DNA from: Octopus sinensis
Lineage: Eukaryota
NCBI RefSeq assembly: GCF_006345805.1
Contig: NC_043004.1
Location: 55,800,001 to 55,864,000 of the forward strand
Direction of reading: 5' to 3'
DNA: 64,000 nt
The notes under the pieces were generated by a model, which was not told the DNA's origin, made no database searches, and saw only the letters and a program-made list of their open reading frames with translations. A program made the translations under genes and the position numbers. Every line of letters starts with the position of its first letter. Within the stretch, counting starts at the first letter, position 1. This document shows, one piece after another, positions 40,608 through 52,914 of this stretch.

Positions 40608-40995
40608 TACTCTTACTCTTTTACTTGTTTCAGTCATTTGACTGTGGCCATGCTGGAGCACCACCTTTAGTCGAGCAAATCGACCCTGGGACTTATTCTT
40701 TGTAAGCCCAGTACTTATTCTATCGGTCTCTTTTGCCAAACCGCTAAGTGACAGGGACGTAAACACACCAGCATCGGTTGTCAAGCAATGCTAGGGGGAC
40801 AAACACAGACACACAAACACACACACACATATATATATACATATATATGACAGGCTTCTTTCAGTTTCCGTCTACCAAATCCACTCACAAGGCATTGGTC
40901 GGCTCGGGGCTATAGCAGAAGACACTTGCCCAAGATGCCACGCAGTGGGACTGAACCCGGAACCATGTGGTTGGTTAGCAAGCTACTTACCACAA
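40608..40995 (-). mobile_element. SINE family A
   Basis: Consensus match. Confidence 0.85.
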
Positions 40996-42129
40996 ACAAT
41001 GATGATGAAGTATCACCTGGCCCATGGAAAAGTGGATGTTGAAATGGTGGTGATGATGATGTATCATCATCATCATCACCACCATTTCAACATCCACTTT
41101 TCCATGGGCCAGGTGATACTTCATCATCATTGTTTTAATGTCCATGTATTAGTCAAACAGAATCTGCTGAGGTGGGTTTTTTCTGCAACTGGATGCCCTT
41201 CCAGTCACCAAACCTCATTTATTTCCAGTACTGAAGTACACCACTTGCATGATGGTGATACTCGTTTACAACTATCACATGAATAGCAAAGCAAGAAGAC
41301 AGTAACACACAAACTCATACACACACGACAAGCTTCTTTCAGTTTCTGTCTACTAACTCCACTCACATGGCTTTATTCAACCCAGAGCTACATTAGAAAA
41401 CAGCCAAGGTGCTGTACAGTGGAACTGAATCTGGAAACATGGAGTTGGGAAGCAAACTTCTTATCATACATGCACCTATATAAACTTCTTGCCACACCAG
41501 TGCTTATGCACTTGTTGAGGCAGATAATTTTCAGTTCGAGACTCTTCCTGTCACCAACCATTACTTGTCTCCAAGCAAGATAACATTTCATCTAGTCCTT
41601 CAAACACTAACACCTGAATGGCCAGACATGCTTTCATGGAAGATTGCAGAAAAATTATGCCATTTTTATATGAGCAGTGACTTTCTTTACAGTCAGCATG
41701 CAAATGTCATGACAAGGACACACAAACACATAAAAGGCTTCTTATAGTTTCCATGCGCCCATAGTTGTATGTGATATCTTTATTTCTATTTGTAAGACTA
41801 TCAAAACTTTTTGTGCTTTTTTCATGTCGACCTATTGTATGAATTATCTTTTAATAAATAAATTGTTTTTATTTGTAAGCCTAATAAAACTTTTTTATAA
41901 TTTTTGCTTTGTTTTTAAAAAATGTCAACATATTGTCCTTTTGGCAAATTGTCCAATCGGTCAAGTCTCCTGTCTATAAGTTGTCTGTCAGCCAATTGTC
42001 TGTCAATGAATTATCCGTCTATCAAGTAAACAAGTTCAATGTGATCTTTTAGATGTTAATTGGTGATTTGAAAGATGAAAGGTTATCAATTATAGCAATG
42101 GTGGTGAGACGAAAGATAGCGATTATATC

Positions 42130-42915
42130 AATGACACAGAGATGACTGGTACTGATTATATTAACAATGGAAAAAGGAATGAGAAAATCTATTTTGGTTG
42201 GATTTGAACTCAAAAACATAAAAGGATGTAACTACATACTACAATTTTTTAACTGTAATAATTACAACAATTATAGGTACAAGGTCTAGGTCTGAAATTA
42301 GGAAAGGAACACTTGATTACACTGACCCCGGTTTTGATATGCTACTTATTTTATTGATCCCTGAAAGGGTGAAAAGCAAAGTCTACCTCAGTGGAATTTG
42401 AACACCCAACATGCTGCAAAGCATTTTGCTCAGCATGCGTGTTCACTGGCTTCCTGTCCTACTGTAATAATGATTTCAAATTTTAGCACAAGGTCAGCAA
42501 TCTTCGGGAAGGGACTGGTCAATTACATGAACCCCCAGTACTGAACTGGTACTTATTTTACTGACCCTGAAAGGATGAATGGCAAATTTGACCTCAGCTG
42601 AATCTGAACTCAGAACATAAAGATGGATGAAATGCCACTAAGCATTTTCCCTGGCATGCTAACAATTCTGCCAGCTCACCACCTTGCTGTCCTACTATAA
42701 TCTTTTCTATTCTAGGTAGAAGGCCTGAAATTTTGGGGGCGGGTGGCAGTCGATTAGATTGACCTCAGTATGCAACAGGTACATAATTAATCAACCTAAA
42801 AAGGGCGAAAATCAAAGGCGACCCCAGCAGAATTTGAATTCAGAACAATAAAGACAGACAAAATACTGCTAAGCATTTTGCTTGGCGTGCTAACGTTTCT
42901 GCCAGCTCACCGCCT
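42130..42915 (-). mobile_element. Cluster of three decayed family-B SINEs
   Basis: Three successive same-orientation matches to the family B core. Confidence 0.7.
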
Positions 42916-43202
42916 TGTCTGTCCTACTATAATAATTACAACACAAACATACAGATATGTTAGTACACATATCATTCTTTAGGAGTTGACGATCATAAAC
43001 AAGTATACACATGTTATCACATATATTTATTGATAGTTAAATGATGATGATGATGATGAAGTCACATTAAGTAGAACAGAAATACACATCATAGTACACA
43101 TATTTATGGACAGTCAAGTTAAACATCATAGAAACACAAGTTAGCACGTGTATGTATATTAATAGTCAACAGTCATGTTAAACACAAGTATACACATGTT
43201 AG

Positions 43203-43609
43203 TGCGCAGGAGTGGCTGTGTGGTAAGTAGCTTGCTAACCAACCACATGGTTCCGGGTTCTGTCCCACTGCGTGGCATCTTGGGCAAGTGTCTTCTGCTA
43301 TAGCCCCGGGCCGACCAATGCCTTGTGAGTGGATTTGGTAGACGGAAACTGAAAGAAGCCTGTCGTATATATGTATGTATACGTATGCGTATGTGTGTGT
43401 ATGTGTTTGTGTGTCTGTGTTTGTCCCTCTAGCATTGCTTGACAACCGATGCTGGTGTGTTTACGTCCCTGTCACTTAGCGGTTCGGCAAAAGAGACCAA
43501 TAGAATAAGTACTGGGCTTACAAAGAATAAGTCCTGGGGTCGATTTGCTCGACTAAAGGCGGTGCTCCAGCATGGCCGCAGTCAAATGACTGAAACAAGT
43601 AAAAGAGTA
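43203..43609 (+). mobile_element. SINE family A (source of the inverted duplication)
   Basis: Full head-to-tail copy. Confidence 0.88.
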
Positions 43610-43678
43610 GGGTTTCTCAAGGTATCCACTGCAATAAAGTTTGTTTTAACAGAACATCCAAGTTTCAGTGGGGATAAA
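43408..43678 (+). repeat. Inverted duplication, copy 1 (SINE 3' half + 70 bp unique flank)
   Basis: 271/271 identical to the reverse complement of 44944-45214. Confidence 0.95.
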
Positions 43679-43784
43679 TATTACCTCTTGTTTTTATTTT
43701 GCTTCTGTAGCTAATATATAGCTATATTAATAGTCAAAGATCATGTTCAATAGTTTTTATTTCATTCACCACTGTTACCAGCAC

Positions 43785-44025
43785 TACATCTCAATCAAAG
43801 GAGAGGGGCTTTCTCTGTCCAGGTTGCGGATCCATGGAATAAGCTGCCAGATGAGATGGTGAAGATGCCGACAACCGCTCGGTTCAAAGTCTCCCTTGAC
43901 CTCAAGTGGCCTGAACTCTTTACATGAATACCACCCTGTACATAACTCCATGTCCCCCTACATGGCCTTGCTTTTTGCTTTTTGAGCCAAAAAATTAACA
44001 AACTAACTAACTAACTAACTAACAA
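43785..44025 (+). mobile_element. CR1 LINE 3' end fragment
   Basis: AFSVQVADPWNKLPDEMV (CR1 C-terminal FS-R-V--WN-LP motif) followed by a (CTAA)n tail. Confidence 0.8.
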
Positions 44026-44239
44026 ACATATACCACCATCAGCAGAGCCACCACCACTATAATCACCGCTACTGCCAACACTCTACACCCCAACCACGTC
44101 TGTTAAAGCCATAAAGCTAACTTAATCTTTAAATAATTTCTTTTTAATCCGTTCATCACTCAACCTTTTCGAAAGTTTCATTTTTAAATCCCTGCAAGAA
44201 AAAAAAAACAACAACAACATTTATAATGAAACAACTTAC

Positions 44240-44464
44240 AGGTCGGCTGTCAATTTTGCTGTCAAACTGCTCAGTGTTCTTGAAGTAACTGAAGTCACAG
44301 AGGATCTCACCATATTTCGCCTGGTCCTGACGGTTATCTTGGCGGAACACAGGCGGAACATAGTCCGACAGTCGAAGCAGCTCAGCTATAATAGCGTTAC
44401 CTCTTGATGTCAGGTGAATCAGGTTCTGGCCACACTGGTTATTTTCAGCTAGAAATTCTGTCAT
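44240..44464 (-). CDS. WASHC5: WASH complex subunit 5 (strumpellin), first coding exon, aa 1-75
   Basis: Translates [40 protein letters not shown]...SRP, matching the strumpellin N-terminus I recall (human [40 protein letters not shown]). In-frame TAA 6 nt upstream of the ATG; donor CCT|GTAAGT; 225 nt, phase 0. Confidence 0.97.
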
Positions 44465-44522
44465 GTTTTAAGGCTCTGGTATCAATATAACAACCAGGAG
44501 CTGAAAGACTTTCTAAGGGGAG
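44465..44522 (-). other. WASHC5: 5' UTR part of the WASHC5 start-codon exon (58 nt)
   Basis: Long poly-T tract + TTTCCAG acceptor at 44524-44523 implies an upstream non-coding exon, which I could not locate. Confidence 0.7.
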
Positions 44523-44630
44523 CTGGAAAGACAAAAAAAAAAAAAGAACAGAAAAATATATAATAAGAAAGAAAAAAGAAGTAAACAGTCTTAGTCTTCA
44601 AACATAATTTCAATTACATCAACAATGTAC

Positions 44631-44640
44631 AATAATAATA

Positions 44641-44686
<46 letters not shown>

Positions 44687-44706
44687 TAATAATAATAATA
44701 GTAATG

Positions 44707-44748
<42 letters not shown>
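44631..44748. repeat. (AAT)n microsatellite
   Basis: Visible directly; further tracts at 45355-45454, 45881-45902, 57720-57785. Confidence 0.95.
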
Positions 44749-44749
<1 letters not shown>

Positions 44750-45355
44750 GACTAAAACAATACCTGTTGTCATAGGTGCCCTGGGAATGATAGCAAAAGG
44801 GGCTGATAGCTACCTAACTCAGATACCAGGAAACCCAAAAATGGCAGAAGTTCAAAAGATAGTGCTCATGGGAACTGCTCATATCCTACGCAAAATACTC
44901 TCTATGTAATCTCATGGTTTAAAACAAACATAATTTTCGGTTTTTTATCCCCACTGAAACTTGGATGTTCTGTTAAAACAAACTTTATTGCAGTGGATAC
45001 CTTGAGAAACCCTACTCTTTTACTTGTTTCAGTCATTTGACTGCGGCCATGCTGGAGCACCGCCTTTAGTCGAGCAAATCGACCCCAGGACTTATTCTTT
45101 GTAAGCCCAGTACTTATTCTATTGGTCTCTTTTGCCGAACCGCTAAGTGACAGGGACGTAAACACACCAGCATCGGTTGTCAAGCAATGCTAGAGGGACA
45201 AACACAGACACACATTAGTACAACATCCCCACCCCCCAAATATATGGCACACTAGGCATAACAACAACATGAACTTCCAACCCTGTTGTCTCTTGAGGTC
45301 TCTGGGTGAGACTTGGAGCCAACTTGTACAAATATAAAGCAAAAGTCAAACATAG
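44749..45355 (+). mobile_element. 3' end of an RLE-type (R4/Dong-like) non-LTR retrotransposon inserted in (AAT)n
   Basis: TIPVVIGALGMIAKG...QKIVLMGTAHILRKILSM* is a typical R4-clade C-terminus; (AAT)n on both sides; interrupted by 44944-45214. Confidence 0.75.
44944..45214 (-). repeat. Inverted duplication, copy 2, lying inside an R4/Dong-like 3' UTR
   Basis: Exact reverse complement of 43408-43678, including the SINE-flank junction. Confidence 0.95.
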
Positions 45356-45391
45356 AATAATAATATAATAATAATAATAATAATAATAATG

Positions 45392-45446
<55 letters not shown>

Positions 45447-45454
45447 TAATAATA

Positions 45455-45880
45455 GATTTGCTTGTCAGTTGTTTGACCTTAACCAGTTGAGCATGTCCCT
45501 TAGTGGCTGACGATATGTGCATCTCTGATCACGAGCAGAAGTAGTGGGGGAGCATCATAGCCATGTGTTGAGAGGGATTCTTTGGGGTTTGAATAGTTCA
45601 CCTCTGGAAAAATGGGTGGTTCTTTCAACATCCTTAAACAACCCTTATTCAGGGACCGTTTGAGCAGGATGGGCTACTCAACCTGAAGAAAATTCTAACT
45701 GGGCCCCACCTGCAAGGTCATGTGCTGTTTATCTTGATATGAGATCACCATGTCGCGCACATATGGTTGTGATGCATGTGCCTGGTGTACCTTTATCAGA
45801 CGGGTAGTCATGATGGGTATATTGGGCTTCGTATATTTTACCCCAGTGTCACTTTGATGGCATGAACTGCTCTCTCACTC
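45455..45880 (+). mobile_element. Non-coding element embedded in (AAT)n, family unassigned
   Basis: About 425 bp of complex sequence bounded by (AAT)n tracts on both sides. Confidence 0.5.
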
Positions 45881-46682
45881 AATAATAATAATAATAATAA
45901 TATTCGATCAAAAGGCAGCAAGCTGGCAGAATTGTTAATTGCATCAGATGAAATGCTTAGGTGTGCCTTTGTTTTGATTTTCATGTTTACAATTTTTACC
46001 AATATAGATCACATATTTGCATGCATGCATGCTCACACACACACAAGACAAATTTTTTCAGGTTTTGTCTGCCAAACTCACTTTCAAGGCTTCGCTTTAG
46101 TTGGCTTGGGGTTACAGACATTTGCCCAAGGTGCTGCATAGTGGGACCGAACCCACATATTGATAAGTGAACTTCTTTACCACACAACCTTTCCCTTTTG
46201 AACAGTTTCCCTTCTAACAGCTAGCTGTACCAAAGAGTTAAAACTTAATGAATTATCAGAACGTGAAACCCCATATCCTGTGCCCCCACCATGTTCTATT
46301 AAGTTTTAGTAGCCTTGTGCACATAAATCTTATGTTGTGCCACTTGTTTTATACTTTGACAAATGTATATATGACACTGAATACATAAATCTTTCTAATT
46401 TTGGCACAAGGCCAGCAGTTCTGAGATGGACAAGCTCATTACATTAACCCCAATGCTCTACTTACTTTATCAACCCTGAAAGGATGAAAGGCAAAACTGA
46501 CCTCAGTGGGAGTTGCTCAATACATAAAGTGGTGGTAGATATGCTGTTGAGCATTTTGTCTGACAGACTAATGATTCTGCTGGCTCACCCACCCTAAACA
46601 CAGAATTACTAAATACTGCATAATTTAAATAAGCATTTTATGTTCACAATGAATATTGTGAACATAAAATTGTTTGTTTGTT

Positions 46683-46980
46683 CATTCTCGAGCCATGCCT
46701 GGCTCATAAGGGCCGGTTTCCCGGTTTCTTGGCGTATAGGTTCCCCACCTGGATGGGACGCCGGTCCGTCGCAGGTGAGCTGCAAGATGCAGGAGGAGAG
46801 AAAGAGTGAGAGAAAGTTGTGGCGAAAGTGTTAGCAGAGGTTCGCCATTACCTTCTGCCGGAGCTGCGTTGAGCTTAGGTGTTTCGCTCATAAACACACA
46901 TATCGCCTGGTCTGAGATTTGAATCCGCGATCCCTTGACCGTGAGTCTGCTGCTCTAACCACTAGGCCATGTGCCTCCAC
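46683..46980 (-). mobile_element. SINE family C head and body with an alternative tail
   Basis: Shares head and middle with 30625-30955; different 3' part ending (AAAC)n. Confidence 0.8.
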
Positions 46981-47586
46981 TGAACATAAAATTGCGTATA
47001 GAGATCATAAAATGTGTGTATGGGCACAGAAGCTTAGCGTAGAGGGAAATTCATTTCATCAACCACACCTTTACTCTTGTTCACCTCTCACCAAATTCAC
47101 CTTTACCCCATCATCTTATGATCCTCTCATATGCTACTAAAACTGTCTACTTTCTCCTCTCCCTTCCTGATCCACTGCCTTTATCACCTCTTATGCCCAC
47201 ACTCTTGTACCTTGAGTATTTACTTGGGCATTCCATTACTGCTATCTTTATCCTCTTTCAAGCTATTCAAACCCATGCTTATGATAATGTAGGGTAGCCA
47301 TATTTCAACACCCTATTATAAAGCCCCTTAACTGCACTTAACTTTCCTTTTCTTTTGGTCTGCAAGTAACTTGGTGACTTCACTAGTGCCGGTGGAACAC
47401 AAAAAAGGGGGGAAAAAAAAACTCCTAGTACATACTGTGAAGTGGTTGACATTGAGAATGCCGTCCAACCACAAAAACCATGCTGAATCTGATTTTGGAG
47501 CTTGATGCATCTTACAACTCACAGGACCCCATCAAGCCATCCAACTCATCCCAAACTGCTCCACCACTGAATCAGTACTTTACCCA

Positions 47587-48145
47587 TACTCTTTTACTCT
47601 TATACTTGCTTCAGCCATTTGACAGTGGCCATGCTGGAGCACCGCCTTTGGTCAAGCAAATCGATCCCAGGACCTATTCTTTGTAAGCCTAGTACTTATT
47701 CTATCAGTCTCTTTTGCTGAACCACTAAGTTTTGCTGAACTGCTAAGTTACAGGGACATAAACAGGCCACCATCGGTTGTCAAACGATGTTAGGGGGACA
47801 AACACACACACAAACATATACACAAGCATATATATATACACACACATACATATATACCACACCAGCATCGGTTGTCAAGTGATACTGGGGAGACAAACAC
47901 AGACACACAAACGTATACACACACATACATATATATAATATATATATATATAATATATATATATATACATACATATATATATACAACGGGCTTCTTTCAA
48001 TTTCCGTCTACCAAATCTACTCACAAGGCTTTGGTCGGGCCGAGGCTATAGTAGAAGACACTTGCCCAAGGTGCCACACAGTGGGACTGAACCCGGAACC
48101 ATGTGGTTTGTAAGCTAGCTCCTTACCACACAGCCACTCCTATGC
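47587..48145 (-). mobile_element. SINE family A with internal tandem duplications
   Basis: Repeated ttttgctgaac and catcggttgtcaa blocks. Confidence 0.8.
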
Positions 48146-48304
48146 CTAAGGTAACAGTTATTTGTATTCCTTTACTGCTTCTGAGTTGTCGGACAGTGGC
48201 CATGCTGAAGCAACCTTTGGATCAATTCATAATAAAAGGGCCAAGTTCTTTTGAAGAGCTAATGCAAGTTAATGCATTTTCTTTTACAGATATAAATATT
48301 AAAT

Positions 48305-48705
48305 TACTAGCAGTATCGCCCGGCGTTGCTCGGGTTTGTAAAGGAAATAACTATATAAGCATTTTTAGAGAGTTATAGCCAAAAAATAGCAAAAAAATGC
48401 ATTAAAATTGGAAAAAAAATGATGGTAAATTTTTTTTTAAATCGTTGACTCATCATAGACATTTTTAGAGAGTTACTTCCCTTATATAATAGCGAAAAAA
48501 ATGCATTAAAATGGAAAAAAATGATAGTAAATTTTTTTTTAAATCGTAGACTCATTGTAGATGCGAGCTAATACCCAGAAGGGCTCGATATGAATCACGA
48601 CTATAAGATACCCGGTTTTGGTTAAACTGCACCGCAAAATGTGGGAGTAGTTAGGAATCTAAATCGTAGGAGACAGACACACAACTTGACTTTTATATAT
48701 AAAGA
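48305..48705 (-). mobile_element. Non-autonomous Helitron, same family as 8017-8410
   Basis: Near-identical to 8017-8410, same termini. Confidence 0.8.
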
Positions 48706-48811
48706 TTTACACTGATAATTACACTGTTATTTATGCATATCAGTCACACACACACACAATCTTCTGTACAGGTTCTGTCTGATAAATTTGACTTACAAGG
48801 CACTGTTTAAC

Positions 48812-49041
48812 TTAACCCTTTAGTGTTTGCATTATTCGGCCAAAACTAATGCTTTTTTATCCACATTGTTTTGAACTAATTGTGCATTATCTTGTAGCAA
48901 TGAGATTTTGATGAGGTAGCTGTTAATTTTTTATAACGATATTGTAGGGTTGGTGTGAGAGACCAGATATGGTCAGTTTGAACATAAAACAGGCAGAATA
49001 CTTTTGGCCGGATATGGCCGGTTTAAATGCTAAAGGGTTAA
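48812..49041. mobile_element. piggyBac-like MITE with TTAA TSD
   Basis: TTAA-CCCTTTAG ... CTAAAGGG-TTAA; related copies at about 6880-7095, 30060-30270, 55632-55845 and 63355-63870 (split by a SINE). Confidence 0.8.
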
Positions 49042-49246
49042 GGCTGTGTTAGAGAAAACTTGTCCAAGCCACCATGTATTAAAATTATAGTCGAAACCAC
49101 AAGACTGTGAAGCAAACTAATTAACCATACAGCCATACATGTGAACCACATGCGTATGTGTGTGTATGTGTGTGTGTATACAAGAGTGAGTCAGAAAGTA
49201 ATGCAATTTTTATTTGCAATAAAATTAAAAATTTTTATTTGCAAAA

Positions 49247-49411
49247 GGCGTAGGAGTGGCTGTGTGGTAAGTAGCTTGCTTACGAACCACATGGTTCTGG
49301 GTTCAGTCCCACTGCGTGGCATTTTGGGTAAGTGTCTTCTACTATAGCCTCGGGTGGACCAAAGCCTTGTGAGTGGATTTGGTAGACGGAAACTGAAAGA
49401 AACCCGTCGTA

Positions 49412-49456
<45 letters not shown>

Positions 49457-49652
49457 GCGTGTTTGTGTGTCTGTATTTGTCCTCCCAACATCGCTTGACA
49501 ACCGATGCTGGTTCGACAAAAAAGAGACCGATAGAATAAGTACTAGGCTTACAAAGAATATGTCCTGGGGTCGATTTGATCGACTAAAGGCGGTGCTCCA
49601 GCATGGCCACAGTCATATGACTGAAACAAGTAAAAGAGTAAAGAGTAAAAGA
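49247..49652 (+). mobile_element. SINE family A
   Basis: Consensus match. Confidence 0.85.
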
Positions 49653-49985
49653 GTTCTTACTGCTTTGCTCTTGTGTGTATACATATATACACAAACATGT
49701 ATGAACGTTATTGAATTGGTTCACAAGCTAATAGTTGATAATTAAAGAAAATTTCTAAATAAGTTCCAAAATATTTGGAAATCACACACAGACACACAGA
49801 TATATAAATATATCAACAATAAAATAGCAAAAAGAAACAGAGTATGTGTGTGTATGTGGGGAGGATGCCTAACACAAAATCCACAAAACAACACACATCT
49901 GTTCACGCATTAATTTGGGATATGGAATTATTAATGTAGTAGGATGCATATATATATATATATTTATATATACCCTTAATTATTG

Positions 49986-50018
<33 letters not shown>

Positions 50019-52304
50019 TACATATATACATAAATTTTTATCTATTTATGCATTTATTTTTCTTTGTATTAAGGTTTACTTTGAAGTGTTAAAAGATATA
50101 AAATATAATAGAATAATAAATATACTCAATAAACAACCTTATATAAATATATATATGAATAATAATAAAAAAGCTTCCAGCAAACATTTAAATACCTCGC
50201 ATATTTCATTTCTAGAATATGCAAATTATTTTTCTTTCTGTGTTATTTTGATTTTTTTGATTTTTAAAATAATTCTTGTTCATTCTCTGTCTCTCCTTCT
50301 TTCTCACTCACACTTTTCTTTCTTTCTGACATTGATAATATAATAAGTGATCAAAGAGATAAGAGTGCGAGTGTGTATGTGTGTGTGTTAGGCAAAGAGA
50401 AGCAATAAAAATAAAAAAAAATAAAAACTACAAACAAAACACAGAAAAGGAATCAGAAAAATAATGCCAACACCATGCAAACAAGTGTTCATTGATTACT
50501 GCTTTTGAAATGGAAATCACAGAAGGGGAGCAAATTATCATTAAGTCAAGTATATATCTTGGGAATCAAGAAGATGGAAATTCCACATGGTGGAGAAGTG
50601 GTTGTGGAGGTGTGGAAGGCACAGGTAAATTAAAAAAAAAAAATCAAATTGGTGGTGAACATGATGGTGTGGTGATGATGACTGTAACAACGAACAGGGC
50701 CGAAACAAACAAAATAGGATGAAATAAAACTTAGAAAAAAACCCAAACCAAACAAACAACATTTTATTAAGTAAACAGATGTGCACACATGAACGCGCAG
50801 CATTATATATGAGAGAGAAAAAAAAACCCCACATTATATATACAGCATTATTTCTCTCTCTCTCTCTAAATATACATATATTTATATTCACTGTCTCTTT
50901 CCACACACACACACATATATATATATATCTAAGAAATAATTTCATTATGCATATATAAACAGCTATATGTGTGTGTAGGGAGAGATAGATAGACAAATAA
51001 GTAGATAGCGATAGACACACACACAAATCAATGTACACTATATCATGTCATCATCAATTTAGCAGCAGCTTTTCCTATGCTGGCACGCACACACACACAC
51101 ACACATAGAGACACACACACACGCACACACACACACATACACTCACATGTAATCTGAAGCAATCTAAGAAATTTTTATAACCGTTTTTAGTATCAATTTT
51201 TAAAAAATATTTTTATAATCTCAAAAAATAATGATATACTGTTAATTTGATATAGTGAACTCTTGTAAATACTGATAGAAATAATATTAACAATAATTTA
51301 ATGATATATTTTTTTTATACAATCAGATAACAAAAAATACTTCACCATGATATATTTATACAGAATTACTTTTATATTTTCTTTTAGTTAATTTAGTGAA
51401 TTTTGCAATACATAAAATTGAAATTTTCAAAATCAGTCTTATTGATTTAGATATTGTAAATTACCACTGGATTTCGATATTTTCATAATAACATCATTAT
51501 GGTAATTATTTATAATAGTAATTCTTTCTTATATAAGAACAGAAAATTATGTGATTAGGTGTACTGTTTTTATTTCCTTAGAGAAATAGCTGTGGTTGTG
51601 TGGTAAGTAGTTTGCTTCCCAACCATAGGGCTTTGAGTTCACCACCATTGTATGGCACCTTGGGTAGATGTTTCCTACTAGAGCCCTGGGCTGAACAAAG
51701 TCTTGAGAGTGGATTTCGTAGATGAAAACTGAAAGAAACCTGCCAGATGAGGTGCATGTATTTTGGTTCCCAAACACTGCTTGACAACTGGTATTGGTAT
51801 TGGTGTTAGCAATGCCAAAAGCAAGTCAGACGACTGATAATGAATAATGTGCAAGACTGTTGATTTATAAGGATGGATTTCCTAACTACATGGTTTTGGG
51901 TTCAGTCCCACTGTGTGGCACTTTGGGTAAGTGTCTTCTACTATAGCCCCGAGCCAACCGAAGCTTTGTGATTGAATTCGGTAGGTGGATGTGTGTATGT
52001 GTGCGTATAGCTGCTCAGTGCCTCTCCGAAAGAGAGAGAAGGGATTTATCAATGGTTCAACATTCTGCTGTTACTACTTACTGGCATTTCTAGAGTGTGC
52101 GCACACATACACACACGCATGTATGTATATATATATATATATACACACACACACATTATATATATATAAAAGAGGTAATGGTGTCATTGAGACCCAAAGG
52201 TGTCAGATAATGCAGAGTAAGTGCTATAGAGAGACCATAGTTAAGTTCCAGGTTTGGTGATTTTACGAATAAGGGGTTCAATGTTGGTCATATGTCAGCG
52301 TGTG

Positions 52305-52457
52305 TATATAAGAATTTTTTGCATAATGAGATAAAAAAAACCAAGGGTGTGTAGATATTAGAGCATTTATAGATAGATAGAAAGTCTATCTATAAATGTT
52401 CTAATATCTACACAGCCTTGGTTTTTTTATCTCATTATGCAAAAAAATTCTTATATA
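52305..52457. repeat. Palindrome, about 73-bp arms, 7-nt loop, TA-flanked
   Basis: Two substitutions and homopolymer length differences between arms; loop TAGAAAG 52378-84. Confidence 0.88.
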
Positions 52458-52460
52458 TAT

Positions 52461-52641
52461 GCGCAGGAGTGACTGTGTGGTAAGTAGCTTGCTAACCAGT
52501 CACATGGTTCTGGGTTCAGTCCCACTGCGTGGCACCTTGGGCAAGTGTCTTCTGCTATAGCCTCGGGCCGACCAAAGCCTTGTGAGTGGATTTGGTAGAC
52601 AGAAACTGAAAGAAGCCTGTCATATATATGTATATATATAT

Positions 52642-52712
<71 letters not shown>

Positions 52713-52914
52713 ATATGTTTGTCCCCCTAGCATTGCTTGACAACCGATGCTGGTGTGTTTATGTTCCTGTAACTTAGCGGTTCGGCAAAAGAGACCGATA
52801 GAATAAGTACTGGGCTTACAAAGAATAAGTCCCGGGGTCGATTTGCTCGACTAAAGGCGGTGCTCCAGCATGGCCGCAGTCAAATGACCGAAACAAGTAA
52901 AAGAGTAAAGAGTA
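52461..52914 (+). mobile_element. SINE family A
   Basis: Consensus match; abuts the 52305-52457 palindrome. Confidence 0.85.

Noticed and set aside
43173-43714. Recurring ORFs MSSNARGTNTDTQT..., MTTDAGVFTSLSLSG... and CPRCHAVGLNPEPCGW in many places
   Set aside because: Chance reading frames of the family-A SINE, not a gene family.
45500-45710. CTGACGA and CTGAAGA motifs in the AAT-embedded element
   Set aside because: No downstream stem II-GAAA-stem III, so not hammerheads.
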